This document shows, piece by piece, positions 20,672-31,160 of a stretch of DNA of 64,000 nucleotides. The translations under genes and the position numbers were made by a program. The notes under the pieces are model-generated. The model did no database searches and was not told the origin of the DNA. It was given only the letters and a program-made list of their open reading frames with translations. Source of the DNA: a virus (lineage: Duplodnaviria; Caudoviricetes); the IMG/VR virus record IMGVR_UViG_2974611114_000001, positions 32,001 through 96,000 of that record; one strand, written 5' to 3'. Each line of letters starts with the position of its first letter. Within the stretch, counting starts at the first letter, position 1.

Positions 20672-21400
20672 ATGGCTAAAAAGAGTAAGAAGTCAAGTAA
20701 GAGAAACCCTGTTAGTACAGATAATATCCACGATATTGGTTTGCCAGCGTCTAGTAAGGTGCTGAAACCACGTAACGAGGAGCAAAAGTCTTATATTAAT
20801 AAAATAAAGAATAATACTATCACAGTAGCTACCGGAGACCCTGGAACTGGCAAAACCTTTATCCCAGCAGTACTAGCAGCTATAGAACTTTTAAAGGGTA
20901 AATCTTCTGATTTCGAAAAGCTTATTTTAATTCGACCCAATGAGCCACTAGGTAAATCTTTGGGTATGCTACCTGGTACACTAGAGGAGAAGCTAGAACC
21001 TTGGTTAGTACCGATAGCGGATGGCATATCTTGGTACGCGGGGGAAACTTACTACAAGTACTGTATACGCTCAGGTAAGATAGATTACTTAGCAGTAGAG
21101 CATGCTAGGGGGCGAACTTTTAATAATGCATTCGTTATTGTTGACGAAGCACAAAACATTGGCGTAGAAGCTATGAAAGCTCTAGTAACTAGAGCAGGTT
21201 TAGACTGTAGGTTAGTTATCTGTGGTGATATTGCTCAAGTAGATATCAATAAGAAAGACTCTGGATTAGCCATGTTGATGCGTCTTAAAGAGAAGTATGG
21301 TAGTGCAGTTCCGTTTACACATATTGAGCTGATAGAGAACGTAAGATCCCCTGAATCAGCTCAATTCGTTAAAATATTTAAAGAAGAAGGATTAATGTAA
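20672..21400 (+). CDS. phoH: PhoH-like ATPase
   Basis: GDPGTGKT, LPGTLEEK, RGRTF, DEAQN, CGDIAQ. Confidence 0.95.
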   Translation: MAKKSKKSSKRNPVSTDNIHDIGLPASSKVLKPRNEEQKSYINKIKNNTITVATGDPGTGKTFIPAVLAAIELLKGKSSDFEKLILIRPNEPLGKSLGMLPGTLEEKLEPWLVPIADGISWYAGETYYKYCIRSGKIDYLAVEHARGRTFNNAFVIVDEAQNIGVEAMKALVTRAGLDCRLVICGDIAQVDINKKDSGLAMLMRLKEKYGSAVPFTHIELIENVRSPESAQFVKIFKEEGLM

Positions 21401-21606
21401 TGTCTAATGTTATTGCTATTAAAACTGACTTATCACCAAGAACACGATACGTTTTGGAGAAGTGGAATAAAGTAATTGCTTTCTTTCCAAATAATAGAGA
21501 TATACATGCAATAGCAGTAAAATTAATACAAGAACATCCCTCTGCAACCATTAGACAGTTGTTAGATGTACTAAATAAAATTGCAGAGAAAAGAAAAGAC
21601 AACTAA
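21400..21606 (+). CDS. hypothetical protein
   Basis: Coupled to phoH. Confidence 0.6.
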   Translation: MSNVIAIKTDLSPRTRYVLEKWNKVIAFFPNNRDIHAIAVKLIQEHPSATIRQLLDVLNKIAEKRKDN

Positions 21607-21611
21607 TACAA

Positions 21612-21640
21612 AATGCCGAGCCTAGTGTTCGGCATTTTTT
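21612..21640 (+). terminator. intrinsic terminator
   Basis: ATGCCGAGC-CTAGT-GTTCGGCAT + T tract. Confidence 0.75.
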
Positions 21641-21666
21641 ACCTCTAAAGTTATTAAGGAGAACTT

Positions 21667-24600
21667 ATGGACTTGACAAGATTTTTGAAGCCTGAACAGC
21701 CTCAGACACAACTATATAATATTAAAAACGTAAGAAAGCGTGATGGCTCTATTGAAGAATTTGATGAGAGAAAATTACTAGGGTGGGCGTCCTGGGCGTG
21801 TAAGGGGAAAGAAGATCTTTATTCCAGATTAGTGAAAATGGTACTAAGAACGGAAGCTCGTGAGTACATCTATACCGATGAACTACAGGATATGTTAATT
21901 AGCGCAGCGGACAGCTTAATTGTATCAGAGCCTGAGTACGATGATGTTGCTAAACAATTGCTACTAGCTAAGATGCGTAAACAGGTATTTCAGTCAGATA
22001 GATTCCAGCCCCCAGGACTTCGCCAGTGGGCTGACTACTTGGCAGAAGCAGGTGCATGGCAGAAGATCACATGGTTTACGGACAGCGAGTGGGATCAATT
22101 AGAAGAAGCAATTGATCATTCTAGGGATGAAGATTTTACCTATGGAGGGTTAAAACAGTTCTTCGATAAGTATGCACGACGCAATGTAGAGCTAGAAGAA
22201 ATATACGAAACTCCTCAGTTTATGTATATGGGCATGGCAATGGCAATGGGTCAAACAGATGATTGGTCTATTCAGCAAATTATTGACTTATACGATGCAT
22301 TTAGCACCTTTAAGATTAACGTGCCAACACCACCTATGATTGGTCTACGCTCAGGTGACAATGGATTTGCATCTTGCTGTCTAGTAGAATCTGGAGATAC
22401 ATTAGATTCCCTAGATGCATCAGAGCATGTTGTGTTTAAGATGGTTGCAGCTAGAGCAGGTATTGGGCATAAGCTAACAACTAGATCTGTAGCAGACCCT
22501 GTTCGTAACGGATCGTTTTATCATATGGGTAAGATACCTTACCTACGCCATGCATTTGCTAGCTGTGCAAGTAATACACAACAATCACGTGGCGGTTCAA
22601 TGAATACTAATATCGCTATGTTTGATCCTGAAGTAATGACTATCCTGTCAGGTAAGTCACAGCGTTCAGACGCAGAGAGTCGTTTAGATAAAATTGATTA
22701 TACATTACAGGTTAACGGATTCTTATTAGAAAGAGCTTTAAAGAAGCAAGACATTACATTAATGTCTTACCTATACGCCCCAGAAGTGTACGAGGCATTC
22801 TATAGTAAGGATCTAAGTACGTTTGTAAAGGCATATGAAGCAGCAGAAAAGCGTCTATCTACTAAGACCAGAAGAACACGAGATGGACACTCAGTTCCTT
22901 TATGTCCTACTATTAGTGCTATGGAAGTATTAAATCATGCATTAAAAATTCGTATGGAAGTAGGTAGGGTTTATTTACAGTTTGTAGATAATACAAATGC
23001 TCATTCTAACTTTGACGAACCTATCACCATGACTAATCTATGTGTTGCACCAGAAACACGCATACTAACTAGTATTGGATACCAAACTATTAAGGATGTG
23101 CAGGATTCTGAAGTAACACTGTGGAACGGTCAAGAGTGGTCAAATACTGTAGTACGTAAGACAGGTGAAAATCAGCCACTACTAAATATAGAGTTTTCGG
23201 ATGGTAGTAGTATTAGAGCAACCCCATATCACAAATTCTATACCCCAACAGCGGGACGACGCGCGGATAGGGTGAAGTCTGTAAAGGATAAGTTAATAGA
23301 GGTTAGAGCTAAAGACTTAACTATAGGTATGAAAATGCCTAAGTTTGACCTACCAGTAATTACCGGCAGTAAAGAACTTACCAGTCCTTGGGCTAATGGA
23401 TTCTTCACAGGGGATGGTACTGTACAGCAGAATGGATCAGGAAAGCAGTACCATAAACTTTATTTCTATGAAGATAAGCGGGATCTGGTAGACAAGTGTG
23501 ATGCAGAGCTTAGCGCCGGACACCACGCAGATAATATGTCAGCTTATATGGTTAAGGGGTTAGAAAGTAAATTTTTCGTACCATCTGCTGAGTACACTAT
23601 TCAATCTAGAATTAAGTGGTTAGAGGGCTTACTTGATGCTGACGGGTGCTTGCAATCCAATGGTCCTACCCCCTCAGTAGTACTAAGCTCAGTAAATAAG
23701 CAATTTTTAGAGCAGGTAAGGGAGACGTTAGCCTCTTTAGGAGTATCCTCTAAGTTCTCCACCACTCGAAGCGCAGGACCACGTATGTTGCCAGACGGTA
23801 GAGGTGGGCACAAAGAATACCATACACAGGAAGTTCACAGGATTACTATATCATCCACTGGGTACTGGCAGTTATATGATCAGGGGTTGAGATTACACAA
23901 ACATAGTGATACACTAGGCAGACCAAATAGACCAGCATCGCAGTATGTAACCGTTACGAGTATAGAAGATGGTGGGGTAGCAGATACATTTTGCTTCACT
24001 GAACCCTTACTAAACTTGGGAGTATTCAATGGTATACTGGCAGGAAACTGTGTTGAAATCAATCAGCCTACTTACTGGTTCGATCATATCATAGACCTGT
24101 ATAACACTAATGAGGATATTAAACCTGGAGAACAGGGTGAGGTTTCTCTGTGTAACTTAGCAGGTATCACATTAGGTAAAGTCAAAACTCTAGAAGAGTG
24201 GGAATCGGTTTGTTACTTAGTGCTTAAGTTTGTGGACACTATCATTGATATTCAAGACTACGCGTTCCCTCAAATGGCTATAACCGCCAAGAAGCGTAGA
24301 AACGTGGGTATTGGTGTTATGAACGCAGCAGGTGCTATGGCAGAGCTAGGACTTCAATATGTAGGTGAGGAAGCAAGAAATTGGCTACATAAAGAAATGG
24401 AGAAGCATGCCTACTTCCTGCATAAAGCATCTGTTAGGTTGGCAAAAGAACGAGGTGCAGCAGATTGGTTCAAATATACTTTACCTGCTAAGGGTGTTTT
24501 AGTAATAGATACCTATAAGAAAACTGTAGACGAATTAGTATCAGTAGGCTTAGAACTAGACTGGGAGTCGCTGAGAGCAGACATTATAAAATATGGTATG

Positions 24601-25035
24601 CGTAATAGCGTACTATCTGCTCAGATGCCAGGGGAATCCAGCTCAGTAGTTACAGGGTCAACCAATAGCCTAGATCCAATTAGAGCTTTAGTAACTGTTA
24701 AAGGTAGTGGTACTAGTAAGGTTAAATGTGTAGCTCCAGGAGCCACTGACCCTAGTATCAGTAAACACTACATCACAGCATTCAACGTTCCTAAGGAAGA
24801 GTGGGTTAAGTTTAATGCTGTTGCACAGAAGTTCTTCAATCAGGCTATGAGCTTCAACGAATATTACAGATTCTCGGATTACCCAGATGGCAAAATACCA
24901 ATGGCAGCAGTGCTTAAAAACGTACTATTGGCATATAAGTATGGAATGAAGTCTATTTACTATGCCTGGTTTGATGATGATAACGGCGGTTCAGTACACC
25001 AACAAGGCTGTTCTAGTGGTGGCTGTTCTATTTAA
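21667..25035 (+). CDS. nrdA: class Ia ribonucleotide reductase alpha subunit containing an intein
   Basis: ATP cone (RKRDG), ETPQ, PTP, SCC, SRGG, NLC-intein-CVEI, CNL, KSIYY, C-terminal CSSGGC. Confidence 0.95.
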   Translation: MDLTRFLKPEQPQTQLYNIKNVRKRDGSIEEFDERKLLGWASWACKGKEDLYSRLVKMVLRTEAREYIYTDELQDMLISAADSLIVSEPEYDDVAKQLLLAKMRKQVFQSDRFQPPGLRQWADYLAEAGAWQKITWFTDSEWDQLEEAIDHSRDEDFTYGGLKQFFDKYARRNVELEEIYETPQFMYMGMAMAMGQTDDWSIQQIIDLYDAFSTFKINVPTPPMIGLRSGDNGFASCCLVESGDTLDSLDASEHVVFKMVAARAGIGHKLTTRSVADPVRNGSFYHMGKIPYLRHAFASCASNTQQSRGGSMNTNIAMFDPEVMTILSGKSQRSDAESRLDKIDYTLQVNGFLLERALKKQDITLMSYLYAPEVYEAFYSKDLSTFVKAYEAAEKRLSTKTRRTRDGHSVPLCPTISAMEVLNHALKIRMEVGRVYLQFVDNTNAHSNFDEPITMTNLCVAPETRILTSIGYQTIKDVQDSEVTLWNGQEWSNTVVRKTGENQPLLNIEFSDGSSIRATPYHKFYTPTAGRRADRVKSVKDKLIEVRAKDLTIGMKMPKFDLPVITGSKELTSPWANGFFTGDGTVQQNGSGKQYHKLYFYEDKRDLVDKCDAELSAGHHADNMSAYMVKGLESKFFVPSAEYTIQSRIKWLEGLLDADGCLQSNGPTPSVVLSSVNKQFLEQVRETLASLGVSSKFSTTRSAGPRMLPDGRGGHKEYHTQEVHRITISSTGYWQLYDQGLRLHKHSDTLGRPNRPASQYVTVTSIEDGGVADTFCFTEPLLNLGVFNGILAGNCVEINQPTYWFDHIIDLYNTNEDIKPGEQGEVSLCNLAGITLGKVKTLEEWESVCYLVLKFVDTIIDIQDYAFPQMAITAKKRRNVGIGVMNAAGAMAELGLQYVGEEARNWLHKEMEKHAYFLHKASVRLAKERGAADWFKYTLPAKGVLVIDTYKKTVDELVSVGLELDWESLRADIIKYGMRNSVLSAQMPGESSSVVTGSTNSLDPIRALVTVKGSGTSKVKCVAPGATDPSISKHYITAFNVPKEEWVKFNAVAQKFFNQAMSFNEYYRFSDYPDGKIPMAAVLKNVLLAYKYGMKSIYYAWFDDDNGGSVHQQGCSSGGCSI
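23041..24048 (+). mobile_element. intein (336 aa) with LAGLIDADG endonuclease
   Basis: Starts C (CVAPET), block B TPYHKF, WANGFFTGDG and WLEGLLDADG, ends GILAGN|C; excision restores TNLCVEI. Confidence 0.93.
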
Positions 25036-25101
25036 TTATTTTATTTGACAAAGGACTCCCATTATTATATAATATATGCATATATTAATGGGAGACTAAA
25101 T

Positions 25102-25437
25102 ATGCGAAGATTAGAAGAGATAAACGATAGAATCGACGAACTAGAGAAAGAGATTCGTGATTTAAATAAGGAAGCAGAGCGTATTAGGGACAACTGTACC
25201 CACTCTGATGGTGAAGAAGTTTCCTTAAGTTTTGAAGGATACTCGCCATTAGCAGGCGGTGAAGTAGAGAGCTTCTCTGTTAAGTGCCTAACCTGTGGAT
25301 TTTGCACACAATATCATGGGATTTCTGATCTACTTCGTAACAGACCAGATCTAGTAGAGGATGCACTAAGCTTACTAAGGTCTCACGTATTAAATAAGGA
25401 AAATACCTATGCAAGACGAACTAATAAGAAAGTTTGA
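25102..25437 (+). CDS. coiled-coil + Zn-ribbon hypothetical protein
   Basis: Start MRRLEE after GGAG; promoter TTGACA-17-TATAAT at 25045; CxH...CxxC. Confidence 0.7.
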   Translation: MRRLEEINDRIDELEKEIRDLNKEAERIRDNCTHSDGEEVSLSFEGYSPLAGGEVESFSVKCLTCGFCTQYHGISDLLRNRPDLVEDALSLLRSHVLNKENTYARRTNKKV

Positions 25438-25762
25438 AGAAGTACGAAAAGCGCTAGATGAAAATGAGAAAGAGAGAATACACTTACACGAGAAGCTATA
25501 TAATCTAAATAATTCTTGTAAGCATGAAGGGGAAGCAGATGTGCAGATGCTAGCTCACACATATGAGGGTGGTATTGCAAAGTTTATTCCTATATGCTCT
25601 ATTTGCGGAAACCCAATTAATGGATATCCTATAGAATCAAATCCATTAACACTGCAAGAGCTAGTAATACAGTTTCCAGACTTAATTGATAAAGCGGTTT
25701 CCAAGATAAAAGAGGCAGAAAGAGAATTACGTAAAGCAGAATTAGCGTTTTATGGCAACTAA
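25409..25762 (+). CDS. coiled-coil + Zn-ribbon hypothetical protein (paralog of the previous gene)
   Basis: CKH...CSICG, PDL motif. Confidence 0.7.
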   Translation: MQDELIRKFEEVRKALDENEKERIHLHEKLYNLNNSCKHEGEADVQMLAHTYEGGIAKFIPICSICGNPINGYPIESNPLTLQELVIQFPDLIDKAVSKIKEAERELRKAELAFYGN

Positions 25763-25772
25763 GGAGTAATAA

Positions 25773-26876
25773 ATGTCAACACTATTAAACTTATCAAAAG
25801 ACCCTAACGACGCCACACTATTTCTAGGGGAGGAACTAGGGCTATCTGATTACATTCAGATGGCACACCCACAGCTAAATGAATTAACATTGCTTCAAAG
25901 ATCGCAGTATTGGATTGAGACAGAGGTATTAATGTCAAATGATAGAAAGCAGTGGGGTACGATTCATCCTAACTTCCAGCGTATTACTCTAGATAATCTA
26001 TCCTGGCAAACAATGACAGATACTTTTGTATCCAGAGCACCAGAACAAGTACTACTGCCATTAGTATCTAGACCAGAATTGGAATCCATGATTAAGTGGT
26101 GGTCTATCTTTGAAGAGATCCATAGTCGTGCGTATTCTAATATTATTCAGAACGTGGTTCCTTTACCAGAAGATTATATCGCTAATATTATGCGAGACTT
26201 CACTGCACTAGGTCGTATTGAAGATACTATTAAGTTCTTTGATGAATTAAATGTACTATCACTTAAATTCCAGTTAGGAGATAGAAGCCCAGTATTAGTG
26301 GACGAGTTAAGATCCACAATTCTACGTGCATATGTAAGAATCTATGCATTAGAGGCAATTCAGTTTTATGCGTCCTTTGCGTGTACATTTGCATTGGCAG
26401 AGGAAGATATTCTACCCGGAATCGCCAGTAACTTGAAGCTTATTGCTAGAGATGAGGCTTTACATACCAAAATGAGTAAAGCTGTAATTGACATTCTAGT
26501 AAAGCAATTACCAGACTGGATGGTAAATAAAGCTTTCGAAGAAGCCCCAGCAGTATTACTAGACGTATTAAACAGAGAAAAGGAATGGGGTAACTATATC
26601 TTCCGTGGTGGAGTGACACTGCCTAAGTTAGACTCAGAAAGACTGCAAGCGTACCTAGACTATATTGGTGGGCTGGCATTTGGTCTTATTGGTATTAGTA
26701 TTCCCTCATCTATGAACCATGTTAAAGAAGATCCTCTTTTATTTATGAACGACTATTTAGACACAGGGCACTTCCAAGTAGCACCTCAGGAAGCAAGTGT
26801 AGATAAGTATCGTGTAGCCCAAACAGTGGCTGCCTCAGATGAGGAACTATCTGAGTTAGGAGATTTCTTACTTTGA
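25773..26876 (+). CDS. nrdB: ribonucleotide reductase beta subunit
   Basis: W..EV, EEIHSRAY, LEAIQFYASF, RDEALH, APQE. Confidence 0.95.
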   Translation: MSTLLNLSKDPNDATLFLGEELGLSDYIQMAHPQLNELTLLQRSQYWIETEVLMSNDRKQWGTIHPNFQRITLDNLSWQTMTDTFVSRAPEQVLLPLVSRPELESMIKWWSIFEEIHSRAYSNIIQNVVPLPEDYIANIMRDFTALGRIEDTIKFFDELNVLSLKFQLGDRSPVLVDELRSTILRAYVRIYALEAIQFYASFACTFALAEEDILPGIASNLKLIARDEALHTKMSKAVIDILVKQLPDWMVNKAFEEAPAVLLDVLNREKEWGNYIFRGGVTLPKLDSERLQAYLDYIGGLAFGLIGISIPSSMNHVKEDPLLFMNDYLDTGHFQVAPQEASVDKYRVAQTVAASDEELSELGDFLL

Positions 26877-27412
26877 TTTCATTACACTTTGCAGTAGGTA
26901 GTGCAGGAGAGTTTGGGCTAAATGGGAAGCTGCCTTGGGGCAGTATTCCCAAAGAGCTAGAAACCTTTTGGAAGGGTCTCAAGTCTGAAAAGCCCAATCA
27001 TATAGTTATGGGTAGAAACACGTTTAATTCACTGCCTAAGGCAGTAATTGATAGACTTAAAGAGCTATCAGCACTGAAGGTAGTAGATCTGGAACGTGAA
27101 CTAACACCAAAAGAAAACACAAAATTGTTATACGATACATTAACTTCTCTAGGTGGAAAAGTGGCTGTTATTGGTGGAGCATTTATTCTTAATACCATAC
27201 TCACGAATATGATAGAATTAGTAGATAAGATGTATATATCAGTAATGCACCTGTCAATGGTTAATCCTAGAACTATGTCCTATGAGCCAATGAAAGCTGA
27301 TACATATCTAGATATGGCTCAACTAAACTTTATATTCGATAATCTAGCACATAGACGAACTATAGTTGAGGTAGACTCAGAATTCACATCAATGATTATG
27401 GAGATGCAATAA
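26873..27412 (+). CDS. folA: dihydrofolate reductase
   Basis: G.NGKLPW, VMGRNTF.SLP, VIGG. Confidence 0.88.
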   Translation: MISLHFAVGSAGEFGLNGKLPWGSIPKELETFWKGLKSEKPNHIVMGRNTFNSLPKAVIDRLKELSALKVVDLERELTPKENTKLLYDTLTSLGGKVAVIGGAFILNTILTNMIELVDKMYISVMHLSMVNPRTMSYEPMKADTYLDMAQLNFIFDNLAHRRTIVEVDSEFTSMIMEMQ

Positions 27413-28282
27413 ATGAAACAGTACCTAGAATTAGCTCAACGCATTATAGATTCTGGTGAGTGGATAGAGAATAAACGAACTGGCGTTCGTTGCAAAACTG
27501 TTATAGATGCATCACTAGAATATGATGTAGGTGCAGGAGAGCTCCCTTTACTAACAACACGTAAAATGTACCCCAACGCAGCTATCGCTGAATTATTAGG
27601 ATATTTACGTGGATACAGCAATGCCAATCAGTTTGCTGAGATAGGGTGTAATACTTGGCACGCAAATTCTAATGAAAACCAAGCTTGGTTAGAAAACCCC
27701 AATCGACAAGGACATGGAGATATGGGTAGGGTATACGGAGTACAGGGTAGGGAATGGAGATCATATGATCCCAATATATCACCTGATTATAAGACCACTG
27801 ACCAGTTACTTAAAGTCTATAACAATCTAAAGAAAGGTATAGACGATAGGGGAGAAATAATCACATTCTGGAATCCTGGGGAATTTGATCAGGGTTGCCT
27901 ACGCCCATGTATGCATACCCATAACTTCTCTATTCTAGGAGACAGACTATTCTTAACTTCCTATCAACGAAGCTGTGATGTGCCTCTAGGATTAGCGTTT
28001 AATATGGTACAATGCTATACATTACTTGACATTATGAGTAGAGTAACTGGCATTAAAGCAGGGAAAGCTTACCATAAAATTATAAATGCTCATATTTATG
28101 AAAATCAGATTCCTACAATTATGGAACAGTTAGCTAGAACCCCTTCTAATATCCAACCTGGGTTAGTAATATCAGACAGAATACAAACATTGGATGATGT
28201 ACTATATAAAGCAACTACTGACGATTTTCAAATAGTTAATTATGTTCCACAGCCAGCAATTAGGCACCCATTTACAGTCTAA
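27413..28282 (+). CDS. thyA: thymidylate synthase
   Basis: RTG, PLLTTRK, YG.Q.R, LRPC, QRSCD, FN, HIYEN. Confidence 0.96.
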   Translation: MKQYLELAQRIIDSGEWIENKRTGVRCKTVIDASLEYDVGAGELPLLTTRKMYPNAAIAELLGYLRGYSNANQFAEIGCNTWHANSNENQAWLENPNRQGHGDMGRVYGVQGREWRSYDPNISPDYKTTDQLLKVYNNLKKGIDDRGEIITFWNPGEFDQGCLRPCMHTHNFSILGDRLFLTSYQRSCDVPLGLAFNMVQCYTLLDIMSRVTGIKAGKAYHKIINAHIYENQIPTIMEQLARTPSNIQPGLVISDRIQTLDDVLYKATTDDFQIVNYVPQPAIRHPFTV

Positions 28283-28382
28283 ACTATTATAATAGCCCGA
28301 AAGGGCTATTATCTCAAATATTTTAGTTGACATCTTGTAGAATATTTGAGATAATATTTACTAAATAAACACGGAGATACAA

Positions 28383-28856
28383 ATGTTAGAAATATATACA
28401 GATGGGGGATGTCACGGAAACCCTGGAGTAGGTGCATGGGCATTTGTAGTATATGATGCACTAGGGCATAAGATAGGTACAAAGTCTAACTACGCAGAGG
28501 AGATCACTACTAATATTAGGATGGAAATGCAGGCAATCCTAGAGGCGTTAAAGTTTGTAAATAAGCATAAAAAGAAATGCGAGATATTAACAGACTCAAA
28601 ATTCTCTATTGACGCTATAACAAAATGGTTGCCTGGGTGGAAACGTAGAGGTTGGAAGAAGGCAAGTGGCGAACCTGTAGCCAACCAAGACCTATGGGAA
28701 CTAATAGACAGAGAACTTCAGCAATATTTTAATAACAATAAAATTACAGTATCCCTAACTCATGTTAAAGGGCACTCAGGTATACAAGGAAATGAAGAAG
28801 CTGATGAGCTTACTCAAATCCGAATCTCAGATAGAGAGCTAGATCTGCGAATGTAA
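28383..28856 (+). CDS. rnhA: ribonuclease HI
   Basis: YTDGGC.GNPG, TN.RME, TDS, VKGHSG..GNE.AD. Confidence 0.96.
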   Translation: MLEIYTDGGCHGNPGVGAWAFVVYDALGHKIGTKSNYAEEITTNIRMEMQAILEALKFVNKHKKKCEILTDSKFSIDAITKWLPGWKRRGWKKASGEPVANQDLWELIDRELQQYFNNNKITVSLTHVKGHSGIQGNEEADELTQIRISDRELDLRM

Positions 28857-28989
28857 ATAATTTAAAATTTTAGTTGCAAAACTTCTAAAAAGAACGTATA
28901 ATATATCTTATAAATTGAGTTAACAGTCAAATGTATTTTAATGACCTATTTGCAGATAGGTCTCCAAACAACTAAAAGGAAACTAAATA

Positions 28990-29340
28990 ATGGCTAAGAA
29001 ACCACAAGCGAACGTAGAAGTTAAAGTAGATGCTAAAGTTCTGGCAACGCAAAAACGCCGTGAACAGCGTATCGCACGCCATATGAAGAAGCATGAGAAC
29101 GATGCCCAAACGGCTAATGCCCCTAAAGAGGGAGCTATCCGTAAAGCTCCTAAAGTTAAGGGTAACTTCCCTGCCAAAAAGCACTGGGTATATGATGCTA
29201 CTGGTGCTAAAACAGAGTTTTCTTCTTCATCTAAGGATGCCCCAAATAAAGAGATTTGGGAAATCTCTAAGGAAAATGCCTTAGAAGATCGCAAAAAGAA
29301 AGGAACACGTCGTGGAAAGAAATCTGGTAGCAAAGCATGA
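28990..29340 (+). CDS. basic hypothetical protein
   Basis: AAGG RBS, promoter at ~28874, K/R-rich. Confidence 0.7.
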   Translation: MAKKPQANVEVKVDAKVLATQKRREQRIARHMKKHENDAQTANAPKEGAIRKAPKVKGNFPAKKHWVYDATGAKTEFSSSSKDAPNKEIWEISKENALEDRKKKGTRRGKKSGSKA

Positions 29341-29506
29341 CTTTAACAAGGGCGGTGCACACCGCTCTCTAAAAGACTATGCTAGAGAACGTCCCAATAT
29401 TTTAGATTGTTGGGACGAGTATGAAGATATGGTAGATGAAGCCTACCATTATGAGCTAGACAATAAAGTAGATCCTCTAGGGGATCTATCAAAGATTCTA
29501 CTTTGA
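29312..29506 (+). CDS. small conserved phage protein (NLVAKHDFN type)
   Basis: N-terminal NLVAKHDFNKGG.H motif. Confidence 0.55.
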   Translation: MERNLVAKHDFNKGGAHRSLKDYARERPNILDCWDEYEDMVDEAYHYELDNKVDPLGDLSKILL

Positions 29507-29536
29507 TAGATTTCTTACTTTAACTTAGGAGCAGTA

Positions 29537-30295
29537 ATGAAACAGTTAGCATTATTAGGTTTAGATATCGAAACGTTATCACGACCAAAGGAGGCAGCTT
29601 TAGATGGTAAGGTTGTAAACATGACATCTTTTGCATTTGTGTTAATGACACCACAAGGTGAGGTGGCTACACTATATGTACGTCTCCCAGCTAATTTACA
29701 AACACTTCGCGGATACCATGTAGATTTTAATACACTGGAATGGTGGTTAGATAGTGAGATGATCTCCGAACCTGTGCGTGACGCACAAAGAGCAGGCTGG
29801 ACACTAGAAGAACCTGTTGGTATGCTCATGTATAACGGTACTATGGGGGATGTAGTGACTTTAACTACAGAAACCCATGATCTAGATTACCTTATAAATA
29901 CCTTTATTAAGCAAGTATCTAAGGTTCGTAAGGAATATGGAAAGATTCATGCTGTAGGAAACGGACCGGACTTCGATATGGTTATCTACGAAGCCTTCAT
30001 GGCATCCGAGTTCCCTAAACTTGATTGTATGCCGTACCATTTTAGTGAGGTTGGTAGCTCTAGAACTCTAAAAGCGTTAGCACGAGCTAATATGGAAGAG
30101 TGTGAATACTTCGCTCTAGAAAAAGAAGCGGAGGCAGGTGCTAATTCAGCGGCTAGTTTCATTATGAGAGAGATGGCAATTAAAGTATCTTCTGATTTTA
30201 TGGCTAAATTAGCATTTGTACCTAACTGGCACGACGCATTATTCGATAGCCTAAATGAAACAATCTTCAACCACTTAATTATTGAAAAATTGTAA
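29537..30295 (+). CDS. DEDDh 3'-5' exonuclease-like protein
   Basis: LDIETL, GNGPDFD, HDALFDS. Confidence 0.75.
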   Translation: MKQLALLGLDIETLSRPKEAALDGKVVNMTSFAFVLMTPQGEVATLYVRLPANLQTLRGYHVDFNTLEWWLDSEMISEPVRDAQRAGWTLEEPVGMLMYNGTMGDVVTLTTETHDLDYLINTFIKQVSKVRKEYGKIHAVGNGPDFDMVIYEAFMASEFPKLDCMPYHFSEVGSSRTLKALARANMEECEYFALEKEAEAGANSAASFIMREMAIKVSSDFMAKLAFVPNWHDALFDSLNETIFNHLIIEKL

Positions 30296-30359
30296 TTGAC
30301 ATAACGCTTAAATTAACGTATAATATCTTTATAAATTAAACAAACAGAGGAACTAAAAT

Positions 30360-30650
30360 ATGGAAGATTTAACCAAACAAGAAATCGAACAGGCAATGTC
30401 GGATATGTCAGTAGAGGAGCGAGCACACTTTGAACAGCACCTACAAAACTTAAAGGCATTAAAGCGCCGTACAGAACGAGCTATGCTGGGTAGTAAGCAC
30501 CCAAAACAGCGCAGAACTGTAACTATCACTCAAGTTAGTGATCGTTTTTCTGGGTTAACTAAAATTTATAAATTCTTAGCTCGTGCAGTTCCGTCAATTG
30601 ATACAAGCAATACTACTATGTTGCGAGTTGCAGAGTCCTACGGACTATAA
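30360..30650 (+). CDS. hypothetical protein
   Basis: Promoter TTGACA..TATAAT at 30296, GAGG RBS, downstream hairpin. Confidence 0.7.
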   Translation: MEDLTKQEIEQAMSDMSVEERAHFEQHLQNLKALKRRTERAMLGSKHPKQRRTVTITQVSDRFSGLTKIYKFLARAVPSIDTSNTTMLRVAESYGL

Positions 30651-30716
30651 ATTAGCATTAGGGGATTCTTTGGAGTCCCCTCTACTAAGGGAACACCTTT
30701 AGTAGAGGAGGGTATA

Positions 30717-31148
30717 ATGCTAACAACAAATATGGCATTTCTTATAGGCACGCTACTACTTAATGCGCCTGGTCTAGTAAATGATGAAGTACATTGTTTA
30801 ACAGAAAATATCTATTATGAAGCTAGGGCGGAACCGCTAGACGGACTATACGCGGTAGCAGAAGTAACCTATAATAGAGTACATAGTCCAGTCTTTAAAA
30901 AAGATACGGCATGTGGTGTTATTTATCAGCCATATCAATTTGCATGGACTAGGAGTAAGTATCCTATTAGAGAGCCAGCCATGTGGGAAAGATCACAAAA
31001 AGTAGCATTATCTTATTACTACTTTGGAAAGTGGGTAAAGCCAGTTGTACCAGAAGCACTCTTTTTCCATAGCGGTAAACCACTAGGATACCATAGTAGG
31101 CTGACCTATTTAAAACAGATAGGCGGGCACAAATTTTACTCACTTTAA
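30717..31148 (+). CDS. cell wall hydrolase SleB/Hydrolase_2
   Basis: CL.ENIYYEAR.E, V..NRV, QF.W, IGGH.FY. Confidence 0.9.
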   Translation: MLTTNMAFLIGTLLLNAPGLVNDEVHCLTENIYYEARAEPLDGLYAVAEVTYNRVHSPVFKKDTACGVIYQPYQFAWTRSKYPIREPAMWERSQKVALSYYYFGKWVKPVVPEALFFHSGKPLGYHSRLTYLKQIGGHKFYSL

Positions 31149-31160
31149 GGAGACATAAGT

